A stretch of DNA of 64,000 nt from Octopus bimaculoides (taxonomy: Eukaryota): NCBI RefSeq assembly GCF_001194135.2, contig NC_068991.1, forward strand, positions 6,107,651 to 6,171,650, given 5' to 3'. This document shows, piece by piece, positions 48,491 through 61,303 of the stretch; position 1 is the stretch's first letter, and each line of letters starts with the position of its first letter. A model generated the notes under the pieces. It made no database searches and was not told the origin of the DNA. It worked only from the letters and a program-made list of their open reading frames with translations. The position numbers were made by a program, and so were the translations under genes.

Positions 48491-49749
48491 TTTTATGACA
48501 TTTGTTGCCTTTTTTTTTAAAGCTATCATGGGGGTGAATGGTCCTCAGATATTTGGACATGTTTGTCTTGTCTTGTCATTGCTTGGTACCAATATTATGT
48601 ATTACCGATTCAGTCTTTTACTTTCTCTTACTTATAGTAAGACAGTGGCATTTTATGTTGGAAACACTCATTATTCAGTAATTTACATTCTTAAATATAA
48701 ATATGTCTGAAATATGAAAGATTAGTCAAATAGGATCAGATCAATCATCAATTTTGCTATATCTAATCATGATATTTGATATATTTAGTGATGTTATCTC
48801 ATCTATTGCGTTCTTTTAGTGAAATTTTCTCAGTATTTAATTACGCCAAAATATTTTTAAAAAAAAATTTTTTTTAATAAAAATTTTAAATATATATTTA
48901 TTATCTTCTAATTTACTTTGATTTGAGCTGTGTCTCTTCTTTAAATTAAAACCACAGTAAGCTCCGAGTTCCAATAGACTTTAATTTCATTTGATTGTTT
49001 CGTATGACCCCTCTCGCCCTTTAGTATTCAGATTACTCTGTCAAATGTATTGCTTATTTCTTCACATTGTTTTTCAATTAATCTTGCATTATCTCGTAGC
49101 TTTGAGAATTTCAATGTTGTGACTGTTTATTTTTAGAATGCCATTGTAGGGTAGGTGTGAGAGGCCCGATCTAGCTGGTTTGAACATAAAACAAATAGAA
49201 TATTTGGGCCCGGTACAGCTGATTTAAATGCTAAATGATTGATACAATAATACCTTTAAAAAAAATGTTTTAAATTAGGGGTACTCATGATGATATTCAA
49301 TCATTATTACCCCCTATTTTGATTAAATTTTAGAACGTTCCTATAGGAGAGAAATTCTTATGTATTTATTGAACATATGAGTTCTGACTAAAATTGATAT
49401 AAATGCTGAGATGGACATAAATAATTTAGGAAATCTTAGTAAGGATCTTCATATCATCTGCCTGCATTTGGAATACGATTTTAGAATAAATCACATACCT
49501 AGAGGAATCATTCACAATCTCGATAACCACTCAGTATCATGTATGGTGGAACTTGCCTTCGTAGATGTAAGTCTTTCCCACATAATCTTTTTGGAGTTGT
49601 TTTTAGCATGTATTTTCTGACATTTATTTTATTGTCTTTTAACTTTGTCGAATATCAAAAGAAAGAAAAGAAACTAAGCTTTTGCATAAAGTTTACAGAA
49701 TTGTTGGGTGTTTATTATTATCATTATTATTATCGTTATTATTATTACT

Positions 49750-49968
49750 TTAGTGTGGCAAGTTGGCCAAATCGTTAGCATGCCAGGCAAAATGCTTAAC
49801 AGCGTTTCACCCATCTTTATGTTTTGAGTTCAAATTCCTCCGAGGTCAACTTTGCCTTTCATCCTTTCGGGGTTGATAAAACAAGTACCAGTTGAATGCT
49901 GAGGTCAATGTCATCAACTAGCCCTCTTCCCCAAATTTCGACCTTGAGACTTTAATAGAAGGATTATT

Positions 49969-49999
<31 letters not shown>

Positions 50000-50250
50000 T
50001 TGTTATTATTAAGGCTGTGAGCTGGCAGAATCATTAGCATGCCAGGCAAAATGCTTAGCAGTATTTCGTCTGTCTTCATGTTGTGAGTTCAAATGCCACC
50101 TGGGTCAACTTTGCCTTTTATCCTTTCGGGGTCGATAAATTAAGTACCAGTTGAATACTTGGGTCGATCTAATTGACTGGGCCCCCCCTCCCCCAAAATT
50201 TCGGGCTTTGTGCCTAGAGTAGAAAAGATTATTATTATTATTATTATGAT
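49750..50250 (+). mobile_element. Two tandem SINE family A copies
   Basis: Two full units (49750-50010 and 50010-50250), each ending in (ATT)n. The second sits in the tail of the first. Confidence 0.92.
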
Positions 50251-53200
50251 TTCAAAATTACAGTTTTGTAAAAAAAAAAAAAAAAAAATATATGTATTTT
50301 TATTCTGGTGTAAAACCGTTCAAGCATTTAGTCAACCGCGTAAGCTTATTTGTTCTTTCTTTTATATTCTTAGGCATTTATAAATAATTTAAACTCTTAG
50401 AATGAAGATTGTTCTATGACAAATGTGGGGAGGCACTGCTATCAAAAACATTGGTGTTATCGTTACTGATTGAAAATATCTTCACTAATTTTAATCCCAT
50501 TGTCCACTTGTATCATTTTCTTTTTCCTTTCTTTTCATTTTTGCTAAATAAACATATTGATGAAAGTGAAACAAAAAAAAAATATTAAAGACTAAAAGAT
50601 ATTCTGTTAAAATAAACAAAAAAAAAATAATGATAATAATAATAAATTTTCTTCATAATGAAACTTTGACTCCATTGCAGAGCCATTTGTGTCATAGTTC
50701 TTAAACTGCTGTTGGAGTTTTACTGCATTTGTATATATACACATTGGATTTTTTTGCAAGGCAGGTTTAGCCTCTTTGCACATTTATCATTCATACCAAT
50801 ACTGCTCTAATGTGAGAATAAACATCAAATGGTTTCAGTCATTGAAGCTGTGAACATTTATCATACAATTCGTTTGGATAATAATAAAAGAAGAAAAAGA
50901 AACCCCAAAAAAAAAAAAAGCAAACAAACAAATAACTGGTCTGAAAAATAATTTGTATATTTAAGCATCTCTAATATTTCTCTGATTTAGCTTTACATAA
51001 AGTGTTGATTTTGACTACTTGAAGGTTTTGTGATACATACTAGCAGAAAGAAGACAAAAAAATATATATATATAATATATATCTTAGTAACAATCATCAT
51101 CATCATTATTATCATCATCATCGCCATCATCATCATCATCGTCACCATTTCTAGCTTCTTTTCTCTTTCACCATCTCCCCCCTCTCCCTCCATGTTGGAT
51201 TTTTGGCTCTAGAAACTTCTGTGTCATTTTGTTTCTTAATTTCTACATGTCCATAAGAAGCAAACAAACACAACAAAACAATAATTAAAAAAATATATAT
51301 ATATAAGTTATATTTTGTATTTTCAGTGATTGGTATGAGCTGATTTCAGACTTAAAAAAAAAAAAAAAACGAAAATGAAAAAAAAAAAATCAAAAAGACC
51401 AAAAAAAAATTAGATAAAAAAAAGAAGAAAAAATATTATTAATATTGTTGACTTATTGGTGCAGTTGGCTGAGTTCTGTTTGTAAAGGAATTTTACTTAA
51501 ACTTGCTAGATCTGATAGATCATTCCAAGAAAATCTGTCTGCCTGTCGTTAATTAATAAGGGGGTAAAAAAAAAAAAATCGTTTGTCAAACTTTTCACCA
51601 TAGATTTTTTTTTTTCTTTTCCTTTTATCAAATTTCATCCTGCCCCATCTGGTTTTGTGCTTCTTTTTGTTTTTATTATTATTATTATCATTATTATTAT
51701 TATTAATATTACTATAATGCCATCATTATTGTTACGATTCTCATTGATCATTTTAATCATCTGTCATTGTCATCCTCGTTACCATCATTTCTTCTTCTTC
51801 TTCTTCTTCTTCTTATTATTATTATTATTATTANNNNNNNNNNNNNNNNNNNNNNNNNNNNNNNNNNNNNNNNNNNNNNNNNNNNNNNNNNNNNTTTCCT
51901 TTTATCAAATTTCATCCTGCCCCATCTGGTTTTGTGCTTCTTTTTGTTTTTATTATTATTATTATCATTATTATTATTATTAATATTACTATAATGCCAT
52001 CATTATTGTTACGATTCTCATTGATCATTTTAATCATCTGTCATTGTCATCCTCGTTACCATCATTTCTTCTTCTTCTTCTTCTTCTTCTTCTTATTATT
52101 ATTATTATTATTACTACTACTACTACATGATAAAAAGAACATAATGCGATATGTAATGAAATTGACTTTTTTTTATTTATTGAGCTGAACAATATTTCAA
52201 CAATATGTCTCTCTTCCTCAGATTCAAAACGAAAAATACACAGAAAATGCAGAAATTGAAAATTCCAACCGGAATATCTTGTGTTCTTTTGTAGACAAAA
52301 AAACAAATCAAGTTTCACTTATTCATAATCGTTAACAAGGAAAAAGAAAATAAATAGAAAGAGATAAAGAAGGAGACTATTTCTATTTATTTTTTATTTT
52401 TCATGTCAAACCCAAAGAAGTCAAACGCATTGTCGAAATATTGGTCCCGTCAATAAAGTCAATCTGCATTTTATTACATATTGCATCATGCTCTTATTGT
52501 TGTGTCTTGACCTTCCTGAAGAGTTCTGTCAATCATCATCACTATCGTCATTATTATTATTACTACTACTACTACTATTATTATTACTATTATCATCATT
52601 ATTATTATTATTCAGATGCTGATGTCTAAGTTGGGTATTGCCAAATATGGAAAGGTGGGTTTCACTCTTGTTACTGTCTGTATAATCAACTTATCAAGGA
52701 CTTCTGAAAATATTTTTTTCTTTGTTTTTGTTTTATAATACAAGAAAAGGCGCAATAATATAGTTAATGCTACCGTCCATTTAGGTACTGTTTAGTGTAT
52801 AATGCTAAGTATAAACCCTATATACATATACATACATACATATGTATGTATGGTGAGAGAAAGAGCAGAAGTTAACCTGTTGGACAAGAGCTGAGAATAA
52901 GAGATAATACTTTCCACATATGGTCCCATGGACATTCTTAATTTTAATATTCAATTTTGCAATTGTTCAAGTAACTGGAGTTTGATAATGACCAGATTAG
53001 ACCAGTTATCGTTGAACAAGTTCTTTATTGTGGTCAGTTTGTACTGCAGGCATATCTTGTGCACTTTTTCTTCAATCTCTTAATTACTTTCTTGTGTTGG
53101 TCATTGTAATTGCATTTTAATCTAGTAATTAAGCTATATATTGTTGTGCCAAAAAAAAAAAAAACAAGAAAATTGAAAAGAAATATTGTTTTCCATTATC

Positions 53201-55140
53201 CTTTTTTTTTTTTTTATTTAAACATAAGTGTGAATAACGTGTTGCCCTGTGTATCACTGTGCATTCATTTCTCTATCTTTTTCTTTTTCTATCTTTCTGT
53301 TTCTGTCTGTCTGTCTCTCTCTCTCTCACACACACACACATACCACAGCATACCAGATCACACTACACTGGTACAAACATTTCTTAATTGGTGCTTGTTA
53401 AAGACACTGCCAAAAAAAAAAAAAGAAAGAAAAAGTTTTGCTTAAAATTGTGTGAAACTTTATTTCGAGAAAATCACTCCACACAATCCCCAGTAAATAT
53501 TTAATCATTTGGTATCTCATTCAAGTTTTCCTTCGTTAATACTTACAAAAACAAATTTTAGTTCACACCAGTTGTGATTTTTTTCTGTTGTTTTCATATA
53601 AGAAATTACATCTCCATAATCTTTACTACCTTCCAGAATAGTCAAAAAAACAAACCATTGTTGTTAGTATATTTAAGTACTTATCTGTTCTCTTTCAATG
53701 ATTAGTGCAATTGTTTTTTTGCTTTAATTTTATTATTTTTTCTTTCAAAGACATCCTTCTAGCCTATTTTATTTGATTATTTGCTATGAAAATTGCTATT
53801 CTGCAGAAATATATATCTTTATCTATATTTATCCATCGACAAATGGAGTGTTTATTCATATGTATAGACTAATGTTGTACGACTGGTATACACTTATCGG
53901 ATGTGCTGTTTCTCAACATTACTTACACAGATTTGCAAATAAAAGAAGCAAACAAACTGTATTTGCCACTATGTCTGTAGCATCTGTATCAACAAACTTT
54001 CAAATAGCACCTACCAACATCTGAGGCTTCGACTATTGAGTATTATTATTCAGAATTTGTTTACTTATAGGAAGAACAAAAAGCATCAGCTTCTGGGTTC
54101 TGCTTTGAACTATTCATGGATCTTTTTTATGTTCTGCATTATTAGTAAAATCCTTACAACTTAAATATGCAGCCCTTTTCTCTTGTTATGCAGTTTCTTT
54201 TCTGATATAGCTGTCATGGATAGGGTTGAAATCTTATAAATGAATTAACCCAGTCTGCTATTTCGGCTTCCATTCAACACATACGGCTTAGCTTTTTTTT
54301 TTTTAATTGTAATGATAAAAATATTTGTTGATATTCTGTTTATTTTTACGATGCTTATTTCCCTTATTTATCCTACTATAAGCACACACAAGTTATATAC
54401 AGTATGTTGATTGTGTTTTGAGTTTTATAAAAGCTCTCCGATAAATGAAAGTAGAAAGCTAGGTGCTTCTGATAAATTTGAATAATTAGGGTGTTATTGA
54501 TTTGAAGAACATGATGAAGAAACTGATGATAATGACAATAATAAATACACAAGGGGGCAATATATAGAAACACACACACACACATATCTCTGAGCAGTTC
54601 CCAGGTTTGTTATGTCACTCGATATGAAGTTATAGAACATCTTGGCCAAGTGTACTGGAATAGTTTCCCATTGATTTTACCAAGTATGGGGTAAAATTAA
54701 ATAACGAATGTGGAAATGGGGACTGCAATGTCCATGCCCTTCTCAAAGAAATAATAATCTGGCATGAAGTGATTACTAATTTAAGGCCTGGGCTAAAATG
54801 TGGAGTCGGTGTGCTGAAGGCCTGCTACTCAACAGTACTTACCTATAATTTTGACTGGCAGCATTCATCTACCCTGCGGTTATCATTTAAACATCTCAAG
54901 TGCAACACTGAAAGTTAATGAAGCATTCATTTATAGGGTGCTACAGCTGCTTGCAAGAGTAAAATGTTCCTCTATTTATAGCTAGGATTACAGAGTTTAT
55001 AAGAACTGTTCCTATCAGGGACCATCAACTCTTAACCCAACATCCTTGTCAGCCATAGTTTTAATGTGTGTGTGTGTGTACATATATGAGCATATGTGTG
55101 TGTGTATTAGTTTTATCTAAGAAAGTACTTAGCAACATTC

Positions 55141-55319
55141 TTAACCCTTAGCATTGAGATTAATCTGGCAACTGTAATGCTTATAGAATCAGATTGCTTT
55201 CAATTAATCATGCATTACATTGTAGCTTTATAGTTTTGGTGATATGATTGTTTTTAGAATGACATTGTAGGGTAGATGTGAGAGGCTTAATATGGCCAGT
55301 TTAAATACTAAAGGGTTAA
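55141..55319 (+). mobile_element. piggyBac-type MITE family E
   Basis: TTAA|CCCTTAGCATT...AATACTAAAGGG|TTAA. Confidence 0.85.
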
Positions 55320-56227
55320 ACTATTTGGGGGCTATAGCTTCCCAGGGAGATGTGGGTCTAACAATCAATGATCATAATACCAACCTAATTAAGTTTGATC
55401 AGATTAAATATAGAAACCATAATGAATGTTCTCTTAATAAAAATGTTGTCACATTCAGTATGTATCATGTTGGTGTAGATGTCACAATATTTGAAGAAGA
55501 TTATATAACATACCATATAACATTAATTAATTTTTATATAAGAAATTATTCTGGCCTAATATTGCTGTAGAGTAGGTCTAGAAATAATTACTTATACACC
55601 AACGGATGATTTAGTCAGTATATGTAATTGTAATTACACTGAGGTTGAACAGACCAACATGTTCTATATAGAGTTTATAACTTCAAGATTATTTATGAGC
55701 AAAAGTAGAAATGCATTTTTATATAGAATTAATCCTTATGATCAGTGGTCTTCATAATGATATCCGTGTGTGTTGTGATTTATATGTATTTATATTAAAA
55801 TGCTCAATACATGGTTATGGTAGGGTGTTTAGGATCCATTGTGCATAAACGGTATATTACATATATAATTATAATAATAATAATGCATACTGCTGTGGTA
55901 AATACAGAACATTATAATGAACTAAAGTTGAACATGTTGTAACATAGGTGGCTTGTGTTGTTTATAAATAGTGCAGGAAAAGAAAGGTAAATGCAGGAAT
56001 TAAATTGTGTAAATGAGGATAAAAATCATGTAAAATGTTAGAAGAATGATGTCTTTAGATGTCAGGTTGAGGTACCAGGAAAATTGTGTGCGAATTGTTC
56101 TTGTTTCAGCTTACTTGTAGAGTGATACACCATCTGTTTTATTCTTTAAGCAGAAATGTAGAGAATGGTTTAATTCCATTTGGATTAAAGTGATATTATG
56201 TCTGTCTGTTAATATTAATTTGCAAGG

Positions 56228-56445
56228 CAATGGTGAGCTGGATGAACTGATAGCATGCCAAGCAAAATGCTTAGCGGCATTTCGTCTGTCTTTACATTCT
56301 GAGTTAAAATTCCACTGAGGTTGACTTTGCCTTTCATCCAATCAGGATCGATAAAATAAGTACCAGTTGAGGACTGGGTGGGGTCAATGTAACTGACTTA
56401 CCCCCTCCCCCAAACTTGCTGGCCTTGTGCCAAAATTTGAAATCA
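56228..56445 (+). mobile_element. SINE family A
   Basis: atggtgagctggatgaac...ttctgagttaaaattccactgaggttgactttgcctttcatcc. Confidence 0.85.
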
Positions 56446-56954
56446 ATATTAATTTGCATTAAAATATGATAAGAACATTTAAAGCTACATTTAAATAATG
56501 TATTTTGTGTGCGTTTGTGCTTGTCTTGGTAGAGAAAATCAACATGTCTCAGACACAAGTGTCGTAAATAAACTCGTGCTTTTTGTAACTATAAAATTAT
56601 TTCCATCCACTGAAAGAAAGTGGGAAAATTGGAGTTGTGATGTTCATGCTTTACTCAAAAGTCATTAATACTAAGATCATAACAGAAGTTGATTGGAAGC
56701 CAGCTTTTCAGATTCTGCTGACTAAGAACATACCATAATTAATTACACATCACATGCACGGGATATATTTATGAAATATATTCATAGACATCATTCATGC
56801 ACACTTGTTTATGAGGTTATCAAGAGAAATGAACCATTCTATTACAAAAAGTTCTTGCCGAACCTTTTCAAGTCTAAAATAGCGAGTAGCACCCAAGGTT
56901 TTGTCTATAGCAAACTTGCTTGCAAATAAACTAAGCACAAATTTTCATTGCTGC

Positions 56955-56971
56955 ATGCATATATATATATA

Positions 56972-57040
<69 letters not shown>

Positions 57041-57110
57041 ATATATATAAAGATATATATGTACATATATATATATATATTTACATATATGATCCATATA
57101 TATATAAATA
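56955..57110. repeat. (TA)n/(TG)n compound microsatellite, representative of dozens in the window
   Basis: Read directly. Similar tracts are at 2345-2380, 4415-4445, 9858-9905, 15685-15805, 18085-18355, 22705-22790 and elsewhere, plus (ATT)n, (GTT)n, (CTA)n and (CAT)n runs. Confidence 0.95.
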
Positions 57111-58199
57111 AAACATCAGAATGTCCAGAAAGTTTTGCCCACTTTTGGTAAAGGTCGGTAACCAGAATAAAAGGCCAAATTATTAATTCAATGTTTATTA
57201 CAATATTCTTATTAATACAATCAAAGAACAACTAAATAGTTTTAGTTAAATTCATGGTCAATGTGTTCTTATAATTGGTTTTAAATATATTGAGTGAAAT
57301 TAAAACAATTTAAACCTGTAAGTTTAACTTAATTAATTTTTACCAAAGTGAGCCAAACTTTCTGGTCTCTCTACAAATATTTATATATTTTAGTATATAA
57401 TTTCCGTTCCTCACTGTTTCCTTGAATTCCCTAACAATTAAATTCAATACAGTTTCAATAATAGTCATTCTAAATATTGCTTGCTGCTCTAGACTTGAAA
57501 GGTTTCCTTTTGTTTCTTTCTATTTTTTCACATTCTTTTTAACATCTATATATATATATATATATATAATATATATTTTTTTAAATCTCTATTAGCACTC
57601 ACAACGAATAGTGGCAGTGTAACGTTATTTACTTACCACCAATAATAAGAGATATCTGGTTGTGGATGGGGCGATTTTTGTTCTAATAAAATCATTTCTT
57701 CTGTAGTCTTTTGCTACATTTTAACATCTAGTGCAAGCAATCCAGGTGTGACTGGACAGCATCTCAGAACACACACACACACATATATATCTATATATTT
57801 GTGTGTGTCTACTGGATAATATAAACGGTGGCACAAATTGAAAAGCATCTTGTTTTTAATCTGCTTATATTGAAATTTAGTTGCATTTGGCTCTCTTGAC
57901 AGGATGTCCGGTTAGTGACAAAAGAAATTCTTCAATTTATGTCTTCTACATTACTTGAGGCTTCATTTTGCTCAAGGCTTACTCTTGAATATTCCAATGT
58001 GTTTAGCATTAAAATATGTACCTTTTGTTACCTTACAGCACGAATTTCAAATCAAGTCAGAGCTTAATCCTTTCATTACTATGTATATTTGCAAATATTT
58101 TACTAAATATCTGCGACTGTATCGCTATGTTATGTTGGCGTAGACCATCAAGAATTTGCTGATATTATCCATGCTGTGAGATTTTGATTTTAGATTTAA

Positions 58200-58331
58200 A
58201 TGCGAGTACTTGAGGTTGATGTTACAAGAGATGGACTCCCCTCGGTTAAGTTGCCAAAGATAGACACATTCACTACATCAACAGAAGAAAAAACTTCTTC
58301 AAATACTGACCCTGCGACCCAGCAAATGATG
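58200..58331 (+). CDS. Candidate first coding exon of an unidentified downstream gene: MRVLEVDVTRDGLPSVKLPKIDTFTTSTEEKTSSNTDPATQQMM
   Basis: The block is richer in GC than its flanks, with an acceptor ttttgattttag 6 nt before the ATG and a possible phase-1 donor ATGG|GTGGGA. I recognise no homology. Confidence 0.3.
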
Positions 58332-59034
58332 GGTGGGAAATTATTTTCTAAAATAATAAATCATCATACAGTTAAAATAATCTCACAGATATTGAAGGCT
58401 GGATTACGTTTGATGCTTTTTGCCAACTACTTTGGCACCTCATTTGTTTTGAGTCCAATTCTAGCCAAGGTTGATCTCTTTCGTAATCAATCAACCTATA
58501 CATCGTTTTCTTGTGTACAAACAACCTGTTTTCAAGAGCTTCGTAATAAATGTGTTTATGCTATGTTCATTTACTCTAGTCTCGCTCTCTCACGCTAATT
58601 CACAATGTCATTTTGTTTATAAGGAAATGCCCTTCTTTCTATATATTGTTCAATGTTACACACACACACTTGTGAAGATATTAAAGACTGCAAGCCATTG
58701 GTATTGTTGGGGAAGGGTGTTTAGAATGATTTCTAGGCATGTCTCTACGAACAGACATAGAAGTTTGTGATGTCACTTAGCCCCAGCCCAAACCCCAATT
58801 GAGCAGACCTATGTTGAAAGGCATTCCAGCCTTAGAACTACATTATTTCATGTCCCTTGTTCCCTGTTTGTTCTTATGTTGCTGTTTCTAGCTGGTCGAG
58901 CACTCATGTAGAGCCACTCACCTTTGTTGGCTCGGCTAATGTTATACAAACATATATGGCCGAGTTGGTTATTGCCTCATGTTTCCTGTCTATTTGTGTG
59001 CATTTACATATTAGCTTTTATGTATGTGTGTGTG

Positions 59035-59075
<41 letters not shown>

Positions 59076-59796
59076 GTATATATATTTAGTGTCGGTCTAA
59101 ATGCTTGCTAGTGTTTAGTTACAGCTTATTATATTCTGAATTCGAATCCTAAGTTGATTTTGCTATTATTTCATTGCCTGAGTTCAGTAATAAGTACCAG
59201 TAATAATATTGGGGTCAGTTCAGTCGACTATGACTTTCCTGTGCATAAATATGGCCTTGTATCTTGTCTCCAAAAAAAAAAAAGAAAGAAAAATCACCAT
59301 GAAAAATATGTTATATTAGCATTCTTAATTTATTACACCCTCGTTAGTAGAAGTTAATTAGCTTTATATCTGCTTTGTGCATTGTCCTATTATCAACTGT
59401 CAACTGATTCATGCATCATTTGTCATCTTCCTCTTTAATGGTTCTTAATGAGTTATGCATTTTGTGATTCTTCAACTACACCCATTAACAATTCATAATT
59501 CTGTCATTTGCTGCTGCAGATCTGTCACAACTCTACATGGGAAAAATTATTGGTTAAAAAAAAGAAATATTTCAAAAAAATTACAAATCTAATTCCAGTT
59601 GATCTTGGGCAATATTTTTACTCTGTTTCTTGTATATTGGCAAATGTCTGGACATTCTATAAATTTTTCTTTATAACCTTAACAGTCACAATACAAACTT
59701 TATTTGACATTGATCTTAAGATCTGCAAGGTTGACAACAATGAACTTCTTGCCAACCTCACAAATCATATGATTCGGTCCTTTTAGTGTCATTAGT

Positions 59797-60030
59797 TGTG
59801 GAGACGCATGGCTTAGTGGTTTGGGTGTTGGAATCATGATTGCAAGATTGTGGTTTCGATTCCTGGACTGGGCAATGCATTGTTTTCTTGAGCAAAACAC
59901 TTCATTTCATGCTGCTCCAGTCCACTCAGCTGGAATAGGGAATAATCGTGTGATGGACTGGCACCCCGTCCAGGGAGGAATATATATACGCCAGAGAAAC
60001 CAGGAAACTGGCCCTATGCTCCTTAAAGAG
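59797..60030 (+). mobile_element. SINE family C
   Basis: ggagacgcatggcttagtggtttgggtgttgg...ggtttcgattcctgg (A and B boxes). Confidence 0.88.
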
Positions 60031-60303
60031 TAATGTGGACTGACTAATGACATTAGTTGAATAGTCATTAGGGGGGGGGGGAATCCTTGATTGTCTTACA
60101 TTTTTTTTCTTTGTTTAATCTTTTAAATTGTTTCCTCCAAAATCCTACTTTTTTTCGTCTTTATGTAGTTCTTTTTGCTTGGTGTTTTTTTTTTAAATTT
60201 CAAAAATCAAAATTTATTTCAATAATTTTAAAACTATGAAAAAAAGTTTAATTTTGACATATTTTGCTCTCTCTCTCTCTGTATATATGTATATATATGT
60301 ATA

Positions 60304-60336
<33 letters not shown>

Positions 60337-61206
60337 CATTTGTATTTGCATTTTTGATGACTTTCCATGTTGCCATAACAAAAGAGATGTTGTTATTGGG
60401 TATGTCTGTTATTTGTCTGTTATTTATGTGGTGTTCTGGGTAATTTTTCTGCTATAAATGTAGTTTTTTTCTAATCAAAGCCTGGACCTCTTCTTTTTTT
60501 TTTGTTCTTTATTTGTTTCTGTTACAATAAATTCTTTAAAATAATTCAATTGCAGCGGCACACAATCTCTTATTAACAGTTGTTGATTCTGAAAAAAAAA
60601 AAAAGAAAAAAATTCTAGTTCTATTTAAACACATACACCCACATACACACACACACACATGTATATACACATAGATACACAAATTTATTCAGTAGGTTTG
60701 TAGCTTCCATTTTGTGTAGTCTGTACAAAATATGAAATCATATTAGATGATGTAGCTACACTTCAGTTGTGGTGATGGGGGAGAACCCCCCCCCCCAAAT
60801 AAAAGAACCTGTTGATTTTTATAGTTTGTTACTTAACTTCTTGTTATTTAGTCCTTCCATGATTCACCACCATCATCAATCCATTCTCATTGGTTTTGCA
60901 TAGATTTTGTTTTTTTCCATGTTGGCATATTTGGGAGAGATTCGCATCATAGAAATCCCTTTTCTTATTATACTTGAAACACCAGCACTGCAGGTTCAAT
61001 TCTGCCCTCTGTGGTGTTTCCCAATTCTGCCCTCATTCGGTGGTGTTTCCAACCGTTTATGTAGGTTGGTTGGTGTTTTTTTTTTAACTCTTTTTTTTTC
61101 TTCCTTACAACTAGATGTTCTTCCTATTATTGTTAGCCACTGAAATGATGCAGGTTATCCTAAAAATATAAAAAAATATAAATAAATAAGAAAAAAGAAA
61201 CCCCAG

Positions 61207-61303
61207 ACAGATCAAGTGTATTTATCACGAATACTGGAACTGGAGATGTTCGTTATCCTGGCCTGAGACTTTTCCCACCTCATGCTGAAACTCAACAGAC
61301 CAG
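61207..61303 (+). CDS. Candidate exon: (D)RSSVFITNTGTGDVRYPGLRLFPPHAETQQT
   Basis: GC-richer open block whose phase-1 start fits 58200-58331; donor CAG|GTGTGC. The acceptor lacks a pyrimidine tract. Confidence 0.25.

Noticed and set aside
51618-52105. ~215-bp exact direct duplication
   Set aside because: The two copies sit on either side of an N gap and end in the same microsatellite, the pattern of an uncollapsed contig overlap.
54843-54907. Minus-strand 65-nt pseudo-exon with good acceptor and GTAAGT donor; other minus donors near 26686 and 57634
   Set aside because: All three frames are closed and no partner exons are supported; such sites are expected by chance in 64 kb. An antisense lncRNA cannot be excluded without RNA data.
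55330-55570. ORF with DVGLTINDHNTNLIK resembling a LINE RT GLxINxxKT segment
   Set aside because: The similarity is too weak and the ORF start lies inside a MITE.
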